Shown piece by piece: positions 1 through 12,840 of a DNA stretch of 64,000 bases (position 1 is the stretch's first letter; the number at the start of each line of letters is the position of its first letter). The position numbers were made by a program, and so were the translations under genes. The notes beneath the pieces were generated by a model. The model was not told the DNA's origin. It was given only the letters and a program-made list of their open reading frames with translations, and made no database searches. The stretch comes from Octopus sinensis (lineage: Eukaryota), in NCBI RefSeq assembly GCF_006345805.1, contig NC_043005.1:29760001-29824000 (forward strand). The letters run 5' to 3'.

Positions 1-700
1 AGACAGAGAATTCCTATATCTAATAAATAGGCACTTCTGCAAGTTGGACAGAAACTGAATTCTTTAACACAAATACAGTGGAGGTTGCTACTTTAATATC
101 AAAGACTAGCAAAAGAATTCATATAAATGTAACCATCTCAATGTAACTACTATATTACTTTTTTTGCCCTTTCAATAGAAACTGCTTTCTATGAAGCTTT
201 GATAGGTTTATTGTGCTATAGTATCTTTGAAGGATATGGACAGAAGCTATATCAGTCTCACAGTTAACTCATTCAAAAACCAGTACACCCAGTATCTATT
301 CTCCTTTGGACATCCAAAAACAGAAACACCACATCATTGTATGAATATGTCTTGAGCTTCAAAAGCAAAAACAATAACCAAAATATTAAAATAGAACAGG
401 GCAGTTATTGAAAATGTTTACCATTTTATCAGCAGTTCTAGAAGATACCAATGCTGTTTTGCTGAGAAATTTAATTGTTTAACGATGATTAAGAAACTGG
501 AATCAATTTGAAAGTGTTACTATGAAGTGTGTTACCATCTCAGATTGAATTGCAAGTGGGCTAAAATTCTTTGATTATCAAATTCATAGTAATCTTCAAT
601 AAAATAGAAAAGCATTTTACCAGCAAAAATCAAAACAAAACATTTATATTAGGAATGGTATAGGCATCGTATGGCTGCATGACTAAGATGTTTACTTCCT

Positions 701-1875
701 AATTCTAGGAATCCTCCCATTCATCATAGTCCTTCAGAATATAACAGAAGTTTAAGTCCATTTGTCTGTGAGAATTGCTATATGCTGATGATCCTGTTCT
801 TATTGCTAAATCTGTAGTAGAATTAGAAAAGTAATTCCAAGTGTGGAAGCAAAGCCTGGAATCAAAAGACTCAAAGTTTACTAAGCAAAATCAAAATTTT
901 AGTAAACAGGAAAACAGACAAGACACTTGCTTTTGCTTTCATTGGGGAAATGGCTTTGATATAGAGAAAAAGATTAGATATAAATTACATACATTTCACC
1001 CAATGTAAACTTTTGACACACAAAAAGTGCAGTGGTGCCTCAGGCAAATCACCAGAGAAAGTAGGCTTTGTATGTGGAAGAGACATGAGAACAATAAGTA
1101 CTAAAAGCACGCAGGAAATAGATTTCTTAAAGTTCTGTCAGGAATTCTAGGGGCAGTAGATATCTTCTGTTATGTAGATAGCCTAATTAGCAGTGGAGGA
1201 GGTTGTTCTGAAAGTATTGTTGCTAGAATAAAAACAGGATGGAGCAAGTACAGAGAGCTGTTATTGCCATTGATAAAAGGGGTCTCTTTCAAAATGAAAG
1301 GCAGATTATGTGATGTTTGAGTATGAACTGTAACACTACATGGTAGTGAGATGCAGGCCTTGAATGCAGAGGACAGAGGACAGAAAGAAACAAAGCTAGC
1401 ATAAAAATTGTTTGCCAACATAACATTGCAGTCCTGGTTTAGGATGAATGTTGCTGTAATTTAGCCCCAGGAGACAATATCTCCAGCTGGCTATACGACA
1501 TGATCTGTGTCCTTATATTTTCAAACAAGAGCATTTAACAATATCTCAGCTCAAAACAATATCTGTGTATCATGATTTCTAAACCAGGACTGCCATGTTA
1601 TGTTGGCAAACAATCTTTACTCTAAAGTACTGTTGCTGAATGTATCTCTTGTTGTAAGATTTTAAAATAGTAATTTTCTAAAGCTAGCATACTCCATCAG
1701 ATGTACAAAGTCAGTGAACATAAACAGCAAAATACAAATGTGTTGAGAAAAAATTTGAGCATAAGGGGAATGTGCAAGAGAGAAGACTGTGCTGATCAAG
1801 TGATACATATTGATGGAGACAACTGCATAAATAAATACTGATTGCTTAAGGTTGATGGAATTTGTGAAGATGGAA
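701..1875 (+). mobile_element. Highly decayed RTE-clade LINE RT fragment, split by an insertion at 1404-1679
   Basis: LLYADD-like motif at ~775-795; colinear with the better-preserved copy at 3300-4200. Confidence 0.8.
1404..1679. mobile_element. Fold-back non-autonomous element, family A (internally deleted copy)
   Basis: Same sequence as 32996-33480, in the opposite orientation. Flanked by the 12-bp direct repeat aaagctagcata (1392-1403 / 1680-1691). Confidence 0.8.
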
Positions 1876-2265
1876 GCTTCACCATTTCATCCTTTTGAGA
1901 TTCATAAATGAAGTAACAATTCTATACTGGGGTTAATTCTTCTTTTTCTCTCACTCATTCTTTCTGTCTATCATCAATCTAACTTCCTTTCTTCTAGATG
2001 AAATCTGCAGTGGTCAGGCCTGTAGAAGGGTGGGATCCACTAGGTCCAACAATGTCCAAGACATGCCGGTTATGGTATTAGTGCCTCTACCACTCCATCA
2101 AAGAGTTGAGGGCCCAAGACTAGGCAAGAACTACCTACATACATACATACATACATATATAGGTATATATACATACATACATACATACTTGCATGCATGC
2201 ATGCATACCTACGTACGTACATATGTATGCACGCACACATGCACACACACATGCAGACACATACA

Positions 2266-2608
2266 TATGGGATATGTAACACACTGCTTAAATACCAATT
2301 CTTGAAAAGTTATACTTCTCAAAATCAGAAAGGAGAAAGCTAATTCAAAGACTACAGATCAAATCCATCACTGGAATTGTAAAAGTCTGTAAAACTTTCC
2401 AGAAGTTTATCATTTAAATATATATATGAGCATGTCTAGATATGCAACTATATGCATGAGAATACATACGTAAAACATACAAATCTGCACATACATACAT
2501 ACAAAAATACTCTGTTGTTGAAGTTGAAATTCCAATGAAGGAACCTTGAGTCTAGGTTAGAAACTGGTTCTTTCTCTATTGGCAAGAAATCTTGAAATAA
2601 ACTGAATA
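2266..2608 (+). mobile_element. 3' end of R4/Dong-type RLE non-LTR retrotransposon (family Dong-1)
   Basis: Near-identical to 6147-6495; preceded by a (TACA)n microsatellite. Confidence 0.8.
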
Positions 2609-4680
2609 GAGAGAGGCTTGGAAAAGCCATTATGAAAGACTGCTGAACATGGAGAGTGAATGGGAGGAGGAGAGCCTGCCAAATGTTGACCCAGTAGAGG
2701 AACCAGCTATCCGAATAGACACCTCCCTGGTAGATAAAGCAATTAAGGGTACAAAGCCAAGAAAAGCACCTGGCCCATCAGAAATCACTGCTGTGATGCT
2801 TAAAATATCTGGTAGTGTGGGCTATAGCCTAGTCACCCACATTGTAAACCAGGTAGTTCATGATGGAGTCATACCCAATGACTAGTGTAGCAGCACCATA
2901 GTCAACTGCTACAAAGGTTATGCTCTAGATAGAAAAAAACTACAGGGGTATAAAACTGCTTGATCAGGTGATGAAGGTCGTGGAGAGGGTCATAGCCCAT
3001 CTCATTAGGGAGAGAGTCTGCTTAGATGAGATGCACTTCAGTTTTGTGCCAGGTAGAAGCACCACTGATGCTGTATTCCTAGCTAAAGATAAACCCCTAT
3101 ACTTAGCTTTTGTGGACTTGGAGAAAACCTTCGACAGGGTCCCCCAATTCCTTATTTGGTAGGCAATGCCGAAACTGGAGATTGACAAATGGTTAATAAG
3201 GGCTGTACAGGCCCTATACCGAGAGGCCGTTAGTAAGGTTAGGATTGGCAATGAGTATAGGAAGAATTCCGGGTAGAAGTAGGGGTCCACCAAGGATCAT
3301 CCCTCAGCCCTCTTTTATTCATCATAGTCCTCCAGGCAATAACAGAGGAATTCAAGGCGGGTTGCTCCTGGGAGCTCCTCTATGCAGTTGACCTGGCCCT
3401 CATAGCAGAATCACTATCAGAACTAGAGAAGAAATTTCAGGTTTGGAAGCAAGGTTTACAATCAAAAGGCCTTAGAGTCAATGTAGCAAAGATCAAAGTT
3501 CTAGTAAGTAGGAAGGTGAACACATCACACACCCCTGCTGGCCCTGCTCGATCTGTAGAAAAGGTGTAGGCAGAAACTCTATCAGATGTACCCAGTGTAA
3601 GCTATGGACACATAAGAGGTGCATCAATATCAAAGGAAGATTAACCGGGAAGATAGCTTTCATGTGCGACAGATGCACAGGGGCAATAAACACCACAGAT
3701 GCTCAGAGAAGAGATTCCATTACACTCCAGGGGGAGAAACTTGAAGTAGTTGATAGCTTCTGCTACCTAGGTGACCAAGTTAGTAGTTGGGATGGATGCT
3801 CAATAAGAATAGCCTGGGCAAAGTTTAGAAAGCTTCTACCCCTACTGGTGACAAAGGGCTTCTCGTTCAGAATGAAAGGTAAATTGTATGATGCATGTGT
3901 GTGAACTGCCATGCTTCACGGCAGTGAAACATGGGCCATGACTGCAGAGGATATGTGTAGGCTCAAAAGAAATGAAGCTAGCAGCTGGATGTGTAATATC
4001 AGTGTGCACACAAAACAGAGTGTAAGCGCCCTGAGAGAAATGTTAGACATAAGAAGCATTGAATGTGGCATGCAGGAGAGACGTTTGCGATGGCATGGTC
4101 ATGTATTAGGGATGGATGAGGAGAGATGTGTGAAGAAGTGCCACTTCCAAACAGTTGAAGGAATCCGGGGTAAAGGTAGACCCAGGAAGACATGGGATGA
4201 GGTGGTGAAGCTTGAGTTCTGAACGTTGGGCCTCACAGTAGCAATGACAGACCAAGACCTCTGGAGATATGCTGTGACTGCGAAGACCCAGCAAATAAAG
4301 TGAGTTCGCAGCTGTATCCTACTCCAGTACCTTGGATCATAGGGCGACCTGCTATGCTTGAGGAGACCTATTGAGTCAAGTACATCAACATCAAAATAAA
4401 AATCAAATGGAAATTGTAGTTGTGATATCCATGCTGGTGGCATGTAAAAAGCACCAACCGATCATAGCTGTTGCCAGCCTCCTCTGGCTCCTGTGCCAGT
4501 GGCACGTAAAATGCACCTACTACACTTACGGAGTGGTTGGCATTAGGAAGGGCATACAGCTGTAGAAACACTGCCAGATCAGACTGGAGCCTGGTGCAGC
4601 CTCCTGGTTTCCCAGACCCCAGTTGAACCGTCCAACCCATGGCAGCATGGAAAATGGACGTTAAATGATGATGATGATGA
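2609..4680 (+). mobile_element. 5'-truncated RTE (BovB-like) LINE: pseudogenised RT plus 3' UTR and (GAT)n tail
   Basis: Motifs KAPGPS, LAFVDLEKTFDRVP, GVHQGS-LSPLLF, YLGD, HGSETWAM, RRLRWHGHV and GRPRKTW, with stops and frameshifts. Confidence 0.92.
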
Positions 4681-4686
4681 TACATA

Positions 4687-6498
4687 AGGAAGTCTGAAGG
4701 ATATCTCACTGGTTCACAAGGAAACAGAAATACCAAAATTACACACTGTTTCTTTGGAACACTTGAAACTTTATGCAAAGAATACGGATGAAATAAAAAA
4801 GAGCCTTGACCTAGTGACAACATTCTCAAAGGATATAGGGTTGGGGTTTGGTCAGGATAAATGTTGTTATATGGCTGTGAAAAGAGGGAAAACTATAAGC
4901 TAAACTAGTAACATCTCCATCAATGATTTGACTATTTCCCCTATATCTGACGAGGAATGTTACAGGTATCTAGGGGTGGATGAAAACACATCTTACAAAG
5001 GTATCTGTAACAAAACACGTGTCACTAAAGAATATTACAGCTGAATAAAGAAAATTTGGACCTCAGAACTCTCTGCATTCAATAAAACAGTGGCCCACAA
5101 TGTGTTTGCAGTGCCAGTAGACATACCAACATTTGGGCTGCTTGATTGGGCGCTTGATCCATTGATGTGAAAACCCGAAAAATACTAACAAGCTCACATA
5201 ATTTCTACATCAACAGTGATGTAGACCACTTCCACCTAAAATGAAAACAAGTTGGCAGAGGCTTAACATTAATCCAAAATGCCTTTGAATGTCATATCAT
5301 ATCCCTTCAGCAACATCTTTTAACCTCCAAGTATCAAAGTGCATCCTTTGACCAAGTCTGCATAAGACTGATAACAACATAAGACTTGGGAGGCAGCTAC
5401 TTCAGAAGCATTCCTTTTCTGATAACCTTAAATACACGCCCAAAGAAGATGCACAACTCTACCACAACATAATATCAGATGAAAGGATGAGCATTTATGA
5501 GATGACCATGCATGGATATGTTAGTAGAAAGCTCTGAGATGATAGTGACATTGATCATCAAAGCAGTCTATCGTGGACCAACAAGTGGATTACTACCTCA
5601 CTCTTTCAAGGGTATGTGTTTGCAATCAAGGAACAGGAAATATCAACCAAATACCTTATGCACAAAAGATACAGAGATTCAAGAAAAGCAGTTATATGTG
5701 ACAACCAATGCAGACTTTGTGGAGTTAACTCCAAATATATCACCCGCATCATAAGCAGTTGTCTGAAAATGTCATCACGGTATTATCTACTGATGAGACA
5801 TGATGTTGTAGCTTGGACACTTTATAATGAAATCTGTCAGAAGGATAATTCTGTGGACAAAGAAATAAGAACTCACAGTATGGTAGAAGCCATAGCCACT
5901 CATAATAAAAAGGAGTACTGGTGGAATGTCCCAGTGAACACCTCAATGTAAGCACAATAGACCTGATGTAATGATTTGGGATAGAGAAGAGAAACTGTGT
6001 ATAGTTGCGGAAATCTGCTGCCCAGTGGATGTTAGCATAAAGCTGAAGATTAGTGAAAAGGAGAATACCTGCTGAACTATTGAGAATCTGCAGTTACTCT
6101 ATCCAGATTACAAGTTCAGGTTTATACCTGCAATTATTGGGGGCCTGGGATATGTAGCACACTGCCTGAATATAAATCTTGAGAAATTAGGCTTTCAAAA
6201 CCAGAAAGGAGGAAGATAATTCAAAGACTACAGATCCAGTCCACCACTGAAACTGTAAAAGTCTGTAAAACTTACCAGAAGTTTATCATTTAAATATATA
6301 TGTGGGCATGTCTAGGTATGTAACTATATGCATGAGAATACATACATAAAACATACAAATCTGCACATATACATACATACAAACAAAAATATCCTGTTGT
6401 TGTTGGTGTTCAAATTCCAATGAAGGAACCTTGAGTCTAGGTTAGAAACCGGCTCTTTCTCTATTGGCAAGAAATCTTGAAATAAAACTAAACAATGA
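4687..6498 (+). mobile_element. 5'-truncated R4/Dong-clade non-LTR retrotransposon (RT C-terminus, zinc knuckle, restriction-like endonuclease), family Dong-1
   Basis: YRYLGV; CRLC..(H/R)IISSC zinc knuckle; RHD; KHNRPD; frameshifted. Ends ...aactaaacaatga directly against a (CATA)n array. Confidence 0.88.
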
Positions 6499-6508
6499 CA
6501 TACATACA

Positions 6509-6539
<31 letters not shown>

Positions 6540-9029
6540 GGAAATACATACATACATACATACATACATATATGTGTATGTATATGTACATACATACCTA
6601 TATATATATACATACACACAGGCATATTATACATATGTGTGTGTGATATATTATATATATATGTGTGTGTCTATGAGTGTGTAAAACATATTTCCCAGCT
6701 CATAGGACAGGACTTGTCACAAAGATTAATACCTAAAGTATCTGGGGAAGATTCTACACACTCTCTCTCTCTCATCCAGTTAATGCCACACCATCAAGAA
6801 CTAAACCTCATCTATACTAGCCTCCATAGCTCAGTCCAACCGTTATCTAATCTCTAATATTCTTTGCATATTCCATTCTACTTATTTAGTCCATTTGCAG
6901 ACACAATTCTTGCTTTTCCTCTTAATACAACTTCATTTTCCTTTCCATCTCTTCTAATACTGGAATTTACATTTCCTTTAATGCTTTTACCATTATCTTC
7001 TAGATTTCCTGATATTAGTTCTTTATATGTCGAACTTAGCAGCATTATATCTGATGGATTTATTTCAGATAAAAAACAAAACAAAAAAAAACACTACCAA
7101 TTTTTTTTTTTTTTATCAGGATATCTAAACTTAGATCTAAGCTAAGTGAATCTATTGTTTCGGGTTTTTCTTGTGTTTCTTCACTGTAAATAATATTGAA
7201 CAAGAAAATGGTTAAATTACCTACACTCATCCTGAAGACACTTTCTAATCAAATAATCACTACTCTGCTGGTCTATTTATTGTTTGTAACTATGGTAGCC
7301 ATTGTTATTACAGCTTGACCCTTCCACCCACAGACTAGTGAAAGCAGAACGTCATTGTAACAGCATTTAGACAAGAGGGACATAGATTGGGTTGATACGC
7401 CAACATGATAAAGTATCATGTAACAGCAACACACAGCTGCTACAGCACCATCATGCAGATACTACAGCACCAACCACTACAACATCAACCACTCAACCAC
7501 TACAACACCAACACATACAGTCACTAAATCCCCATCACACAACCAGTATTGCAACATCAACCACAACAATACTTCAACGCTAACACAAAATGATTTCAAC
7601 TATTACCTTCTAAATTGTATGGATATCACTCAACAATGATATTAACAGAAACCTCAACAATTGCAATAACAATGAAGATATTAATATCGGTTAAAATAAT
7701 TACAGCAATAACAAAAACTGTAACCTTAACAACATTACCAGAGAACATTAGCTAGAACCAACCATTCCATTCAACAACATAAATATACTTTACAAAGAGG
7801 AGACATTAGAAGACACCATAGTAGAGAAATTGAGAGAATAGCATACATGGCTATTGGACAGTGGAAAGGAATAACAACAATGCTGTACAAGCTATATCAT
7901 AGAATCTATGCCAGTTCTACTTGGACTCCAGTCTCTCCACATTACACAGAAAACAAACAGCACCAGAACACATCATCACAAACTGTACACACGCAACACC
8001 AAATGAGCACATATGCAATGAAACAAAATTATAGAAAATTAAAGTTCCATTAGGCATTTGAGGGATACAGTTTGTTACTGAAATAGGCTGTAGTAACTGC
8101 ACTTGTTACTGCAGCCTTTTGCAGTTCTCACAGTCTCTGCCATTACTTGAACAATCACTTCTGAGAAAAGAGAAAGAGAAAGAATCAGCCATATCTATAA
8201 TTACTACAACATCAGCCTAACTTAGACAAACCTGAAGAAACAACAATATCAACATCAACATTATGCTGGTCAGGATCAGGCATTACCGAAGAGAAATAAT
8301 TGTATCACTTGCACTGTGCTGCCTATTTCATCGCTCTGTCCTTTGGCCAAAACCAGAATACATGCGCACAATAACAGGACAGTGAAGGACAGGATCGTCT
8401 TGTCCATCTTTCTTGTAATTTTCATCAGGACATGTCCACACACAATAGAACAAGAGAACACACATGCACACAAGAACAGATTGAGCCATAGATAATATGC
8501 AACTGAGCTTACCTTGTTGCATTGCTACACTGCCCTGCTGTACCATTCACATAAACTACTGCACATTGTAGTGTACATAATGACATATCCACACTGCAAT
8601 ACTGCACCATGAACAATAAGGTTTAGGATGTTAGAGTGTGCAGTGTGACATGTCCACATTATCACACTGCACCGTACACAAACTACTGCATGCATATTGC
8701 AGTGTTGGCCAGTGGGATGTCCACCCTGTCACACACCCACAATAAATTGTTGCATGTTGCTGTGTGGTCCTCGACAAGAGAAATGCGGAATATCCAATTC
8801 CCTGGCCCTGTTGGGTGCACACCAACGTTTGTTTTGCTACCAGTGCATGGAACCAGAAGCTAGTAACAATGACAGCAGTATTAACAATATCAGTAATAAT
8901 TCCTTCAAAGTTTGACACAAAGCCAACATTTTTTATGGGTTGGGGGTCAGTCAAGCGCCACGACTTGATTTGCATTTTATTTCATCACTCTAAAAAGGAT
9001 GAAAAACCCTTTCAACCTCAGCAGCATTT

Positions 9030-9330
9030 GGACTCAAGAACATAAAGAGCTGGAAGACATGTTGCTAAGCCTTTTCTCCAATATGGTCAGGATTCTGCTG
9101 ATGCTTGCCTTAACAACAACAGTAATAATGGTTTTCAATTTTGCCACAAGGCCAGCAATTAGGGGGAGGGGATGAGTCAGTTACATGGACCCCAATGTTC
9201 AACTGGTACTTAATTTATCAACCCTGACAGGATGAAAGGCAAAGTCGACCTTGGCAGAATGTAGCGATGGGTGAAATATTGCTAGGCGTTTCATCCAGCA
9301 CGCTAATGATTCTACCAGCTTGCTGCCTTA
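9030..9330 (-). mobile_element. SINE-like repeat, family B (two tandem remnants)
   Basis: Reverse complement of 26243-26447 (ggatgaaaggcaaagtcgacc motif). Confidence 0.65.
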
Positions 9331-9344
9331 ACAGTAATAATAAC

Positions 9345-9652
9345 AAGAGCACTCAGAGAGCACAAACCTCCACCAAGGTAACATCAGTGTCCTCTGCTCT
9401 CACAAACGAGAATACTAAAAATGAACCCGACTGTTCTCAAAAATTAAGTAAAAAAAACCGGAAAAATTATCCAGAATCCTTGTACGGTACCAGATTGATC
9501 CCAAAATCTAATCAGTTTGTGCCAGTCATGAGGCCAAACATCCCAAAAAGTTTTGTCCAAATCCATGCAGCAGTTCTTGAGATATCTTGTCCATGGACAA
9601 ACAAACAAATGTGACTGAAAACAATACCTCTGCTTTCACTAAGGTGGAGGTA
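9345..9652 (+). mobile_element. Non-autonomous DNA element with sub-terminal inverted repeat and 3' stem-loop (Helentron/HINE- or MITE-like)
   Basis: acctccacc (9366-9374) is inverted as ggtggaggt (9643-9651); terminal hairpin tacctctgctt..aaggtggaggta; (CAAA)n near the 3' end. Confidence 0.5.
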
Positions 9653-9654
9653 AT

Positions 9655-9873
9655 AATCCTTCTACAGTGGACACAAGGCCTCAAATTTGCAGGGAAGGGG
9701 GCTAGTTAATTACATTGACCCCAGGTTTTTACTGGTTCTTAATTTATCGACCCCGAATGGATGAAAGGTAAAAGTCAACCTCAGCAGAATTTGAATTCAG
9801 AACATAGCAACAGGTGAAATACTGCTAAGCATTTTGTCCGGTGTGCTAATGATTCTACCTGCTTGCTACCTTA
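9655..9873 (-). mobile_element. SINE-like repeat, family B
   Basis: Reverse-complement similarity to 26243-26447. Confidence 0.7.
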
Positions 9874-9876
9874 CCA

Positions 9877-9918
9877 ATAATAATAATAATAATGATAATA
9901 ATAATAATAATAATAATA

Positions 9919-9959
<41 letters not shown>
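9877..9959. repeat. (AAT)n followed by (ATT)n: self-complementary microsatellite palindrome
   Basis: Directly visible in the sequence. Confidence 0.9.
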
Positions 9960-9960
<1 letters not shown>

Positions 9961-10619
9961 ACTAATACAAGAACAATTGTAACAATAGCAATAAGAAGAA
10001 CAAGAGAACCAAAGCATCACCTGTAACAATGACAGCAATTACCAACATCAGCATCAGCACCACCATCACCACCAACAACAATAGTAACACCAACAAGAAT
10101 AACAACAAACAGAACCATAACATCAAACTGCAACAATAACAACCACCACCACCACCACCACCACTATCTCCACAACTGCAGCAGCAGGAATCAGATTAAC
10201 AGCAGCCAACATGGAAAGCATTAAGCCACAACATCAACAACAGTGACAATAGGAAGAAGAACAACAACAATACATTGTTACTTTTCTGGCAATTAAACTG
10301 TTGTGCAATTAACATAATTAGTATTTATATCTCACAATAATTATGTTTATATTATTGTGATAATTGAATGTTTTGGATCATTTTAATTAATTCCAGTATA
10401 TTTGACAATATTCGTCTGTAATCACTGAGAAGTCGTGTAATTATCTGCTGTGAGGTGATGTGTGTACAAGACAAGTGAACAAATCTGCAATGAGATACAA
10501 ACAGAATCAGATGACTCTCTGTGTTTTGTCTGACGACCATACAACAAAGGTATCAGTGTGTGGTTATCTTTCTGTCTCTCTGTCAGTCAGTCTGTCTATC
10601 TATCTGCCTATCATAAATG

Positions 10620-11050
10620 AGAAGTGAGTTTCTCAACCACTCAGCTATACATGTACCTATAAGCATGGTTGTTCCTGAAAATATAAATTCCATTCACCAA
10701 AACTTTTGATAATATTTTGAACTGCACCACCACCACTAATACTGAGCCACTGTGAAAGAAATCTGAGTCAAATTCATCAATTTTCTTTTACAATTTTTGC
10801 TGAAGAATCCTTAAAAGTTTTCCTGGTTTTCTTGTGGTTGACTTGGCATTTTTGTCACCATTAACAGTATTTCTTCCACTTACGAATGTCTTAACTCAAT
10901 ATTTTCATATTTCTAAATGATAAGACATCATCTTTGTATGTCAGCTGGAGTTCTTCAAAGATTTTTTCCTTTGCATTTTTTGCTTTAAGTACCAAATACT
11001 TGATAATACTTCAATATTCTTAGGACTTTGCTGTAAAGGTGTAAAAATGT
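10620..11050 (-). mobile_element. Very old mariner transposase N-terminal (HTH) remnant
   Basis: Minus strand reads IFEELQLTYKDDVLS...F.SGR, which resembles the mariner HTH region; many lesions. Confidence 0.4.
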
Positions 11051-11230
11051 CAATTTTGTTATACACAAATAAGGATACACAGAAACAAGTTGATTAATAT
11101 TTTTACGTTGTTATTTAATAATAATAATGATAATAATAATAATGAAATTATTGTGTATAGTGCTCAGGTGCACTACAACCCATCAAAGGTACATATATAG
11201 GACATAGAATTATGTACAAATGTCAGGAAA

Positions 11231-11268
<38 letters not shown>

Positions 11269-11957
11269 ATGTGTATATATTTGTGTGTGTATGTGTGTGT
11301 GTATGTATGTATGTGATATGGTATTTCTTCTATACAAATAAATGTCAGGATATTATTTCACTATTTGGTTTAACACTTGTTGAATCAACTACAAGCACAC
11401 ACACACACACATGTACAAACAACACATACAAGTATATACACATGCACACTCTCATGCACAAATATATACGTACATACACACATTCTCAAATGCACATACA
11501 CACTCATGCAAACACACACATACCCATGCAGGCACATATACACATACATATACAGATATACACACATGCACCTACATACACACACACTCATAAATATATA
11601 CTCATATGTGTAATAATTTTTTCTTTTTTAAACATATATTAAGATATAATTAAAATATAAAACATTGAGAAAGAACTCAATACATGCAGGGGACTTAGAA
11701 ATATAGATAAAAACAAAACAAAACAAAACAAATAAAAACAGAGATTGCAGAGTTTCTTCTGGAACAGACTTTTCTCTGTATTGCAACAGATTTGAGATTC
11801 CATTCGTTAAATTTAATTAAAGAAGCCGAAGAAAATAATTGATAAAAGAGAAATCTGAGTGATACAGAGAAAAGAGGGTTATTAGGGGTCAGTAATAGAT
11901 GGATAGAAAGGGTCAGATGTGAAAAAGAGTGAAATAGCAAGGTAGGTGCTGAATGCG

Positions 11958-12115
11958 TTTGTGTGTGTGTGTGTGTGTGTGCAAACGTGTGTGCAATTGT
12001 ATGTGTGTGTTGTGTGTGTGTATGCAATTGTGTGTGTGTGTGTGTGTGTGCAAACGTGTGTGCAATTGTGTGTGTGTGTGTGCAAACGTGTGTGCAATTG
12101 TGTGTGTGTGTGTGC
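11958..12115. repeat. Compound (GT)n minisatellite with repeated gcaaacgtgtgtgcaattgt unit (3 copies)
   Basis: Directly visible in the sequence. Confidence 0.85.
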
Positions 12116-12672
12116 TCAGTGGAGATAAGTGAGTGGAGGTGTTATTTTAACAGTTGGAATTGAGCAGAAAATTCTAATTCTTGCTTGTTTATAATAAATA
12201 AAATGAACTCGTTATTAAGTCCTGCATAATTGTGTTTACATGCAGGGTGGATATTGATTTTGGGGGTTATTAAGTTATTTTAGTGAAACACGAACAGGTA
12301 ACTTTTGTACTGCCTCTTTGTCTTTTTTACCTTTTTAAAAATTTATTCATTTCTTTTTAAGCAGGAAAATAATTTATTTCTATATTTAAACTGAAATCAT
12401 AAAAATATGCGAATTAATTTTAAGATCTTAGAAAGAGTTATTAATGACATTATAAAGGGAAATTTTATCCAATAATTTGTTATAATAATTTATAAATAAT
12501 GCCTAATGTTAGTGCTATGGCAGAGAAATGTTAGATGTTTGGCAGGAAGGTAAACATGTTAATACTTGCCATGACATTTTTTGGTTCTGAAGAATATATA
12601 CAAATAACTTAGGCTCAAATTACAAAGATGAACCACTTAGTATCTGGAGAAAATATTTTAAATGTTTTCAAG

Positions 12673-12830
12673 AGATGGTTGTGTAGTTAAGACATTTGAT
12701 TCCCAATCATATGATCTCAGGTTCCATCCTGTTGCGTGAAACCTTGGGCAAGCATTTTTTACTATAGCTCTTTGCCAACCAAAGCCTTATGAATGAATTT
12801 GATAGATTGAAACTGAAAGAAGCCTGGTGT
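12673..12830 (+). mobile_element. tRNA-derived CORE-type SINE, 5' part
   Basis: A-box/B-box-like head and accttgggcaag core; same family as 23792-24204. Confidence 0.75.
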
Positions 12831-12840
12831 ATATGCATGA

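Noticed and set aside
8401-8432. UGUC-CUGAUGA...GAAA-GAUG-GACA HHR-like motif on the - strand
   Set aside because: No stem II, and G at the cleavage position; probably chance or fully decayed.
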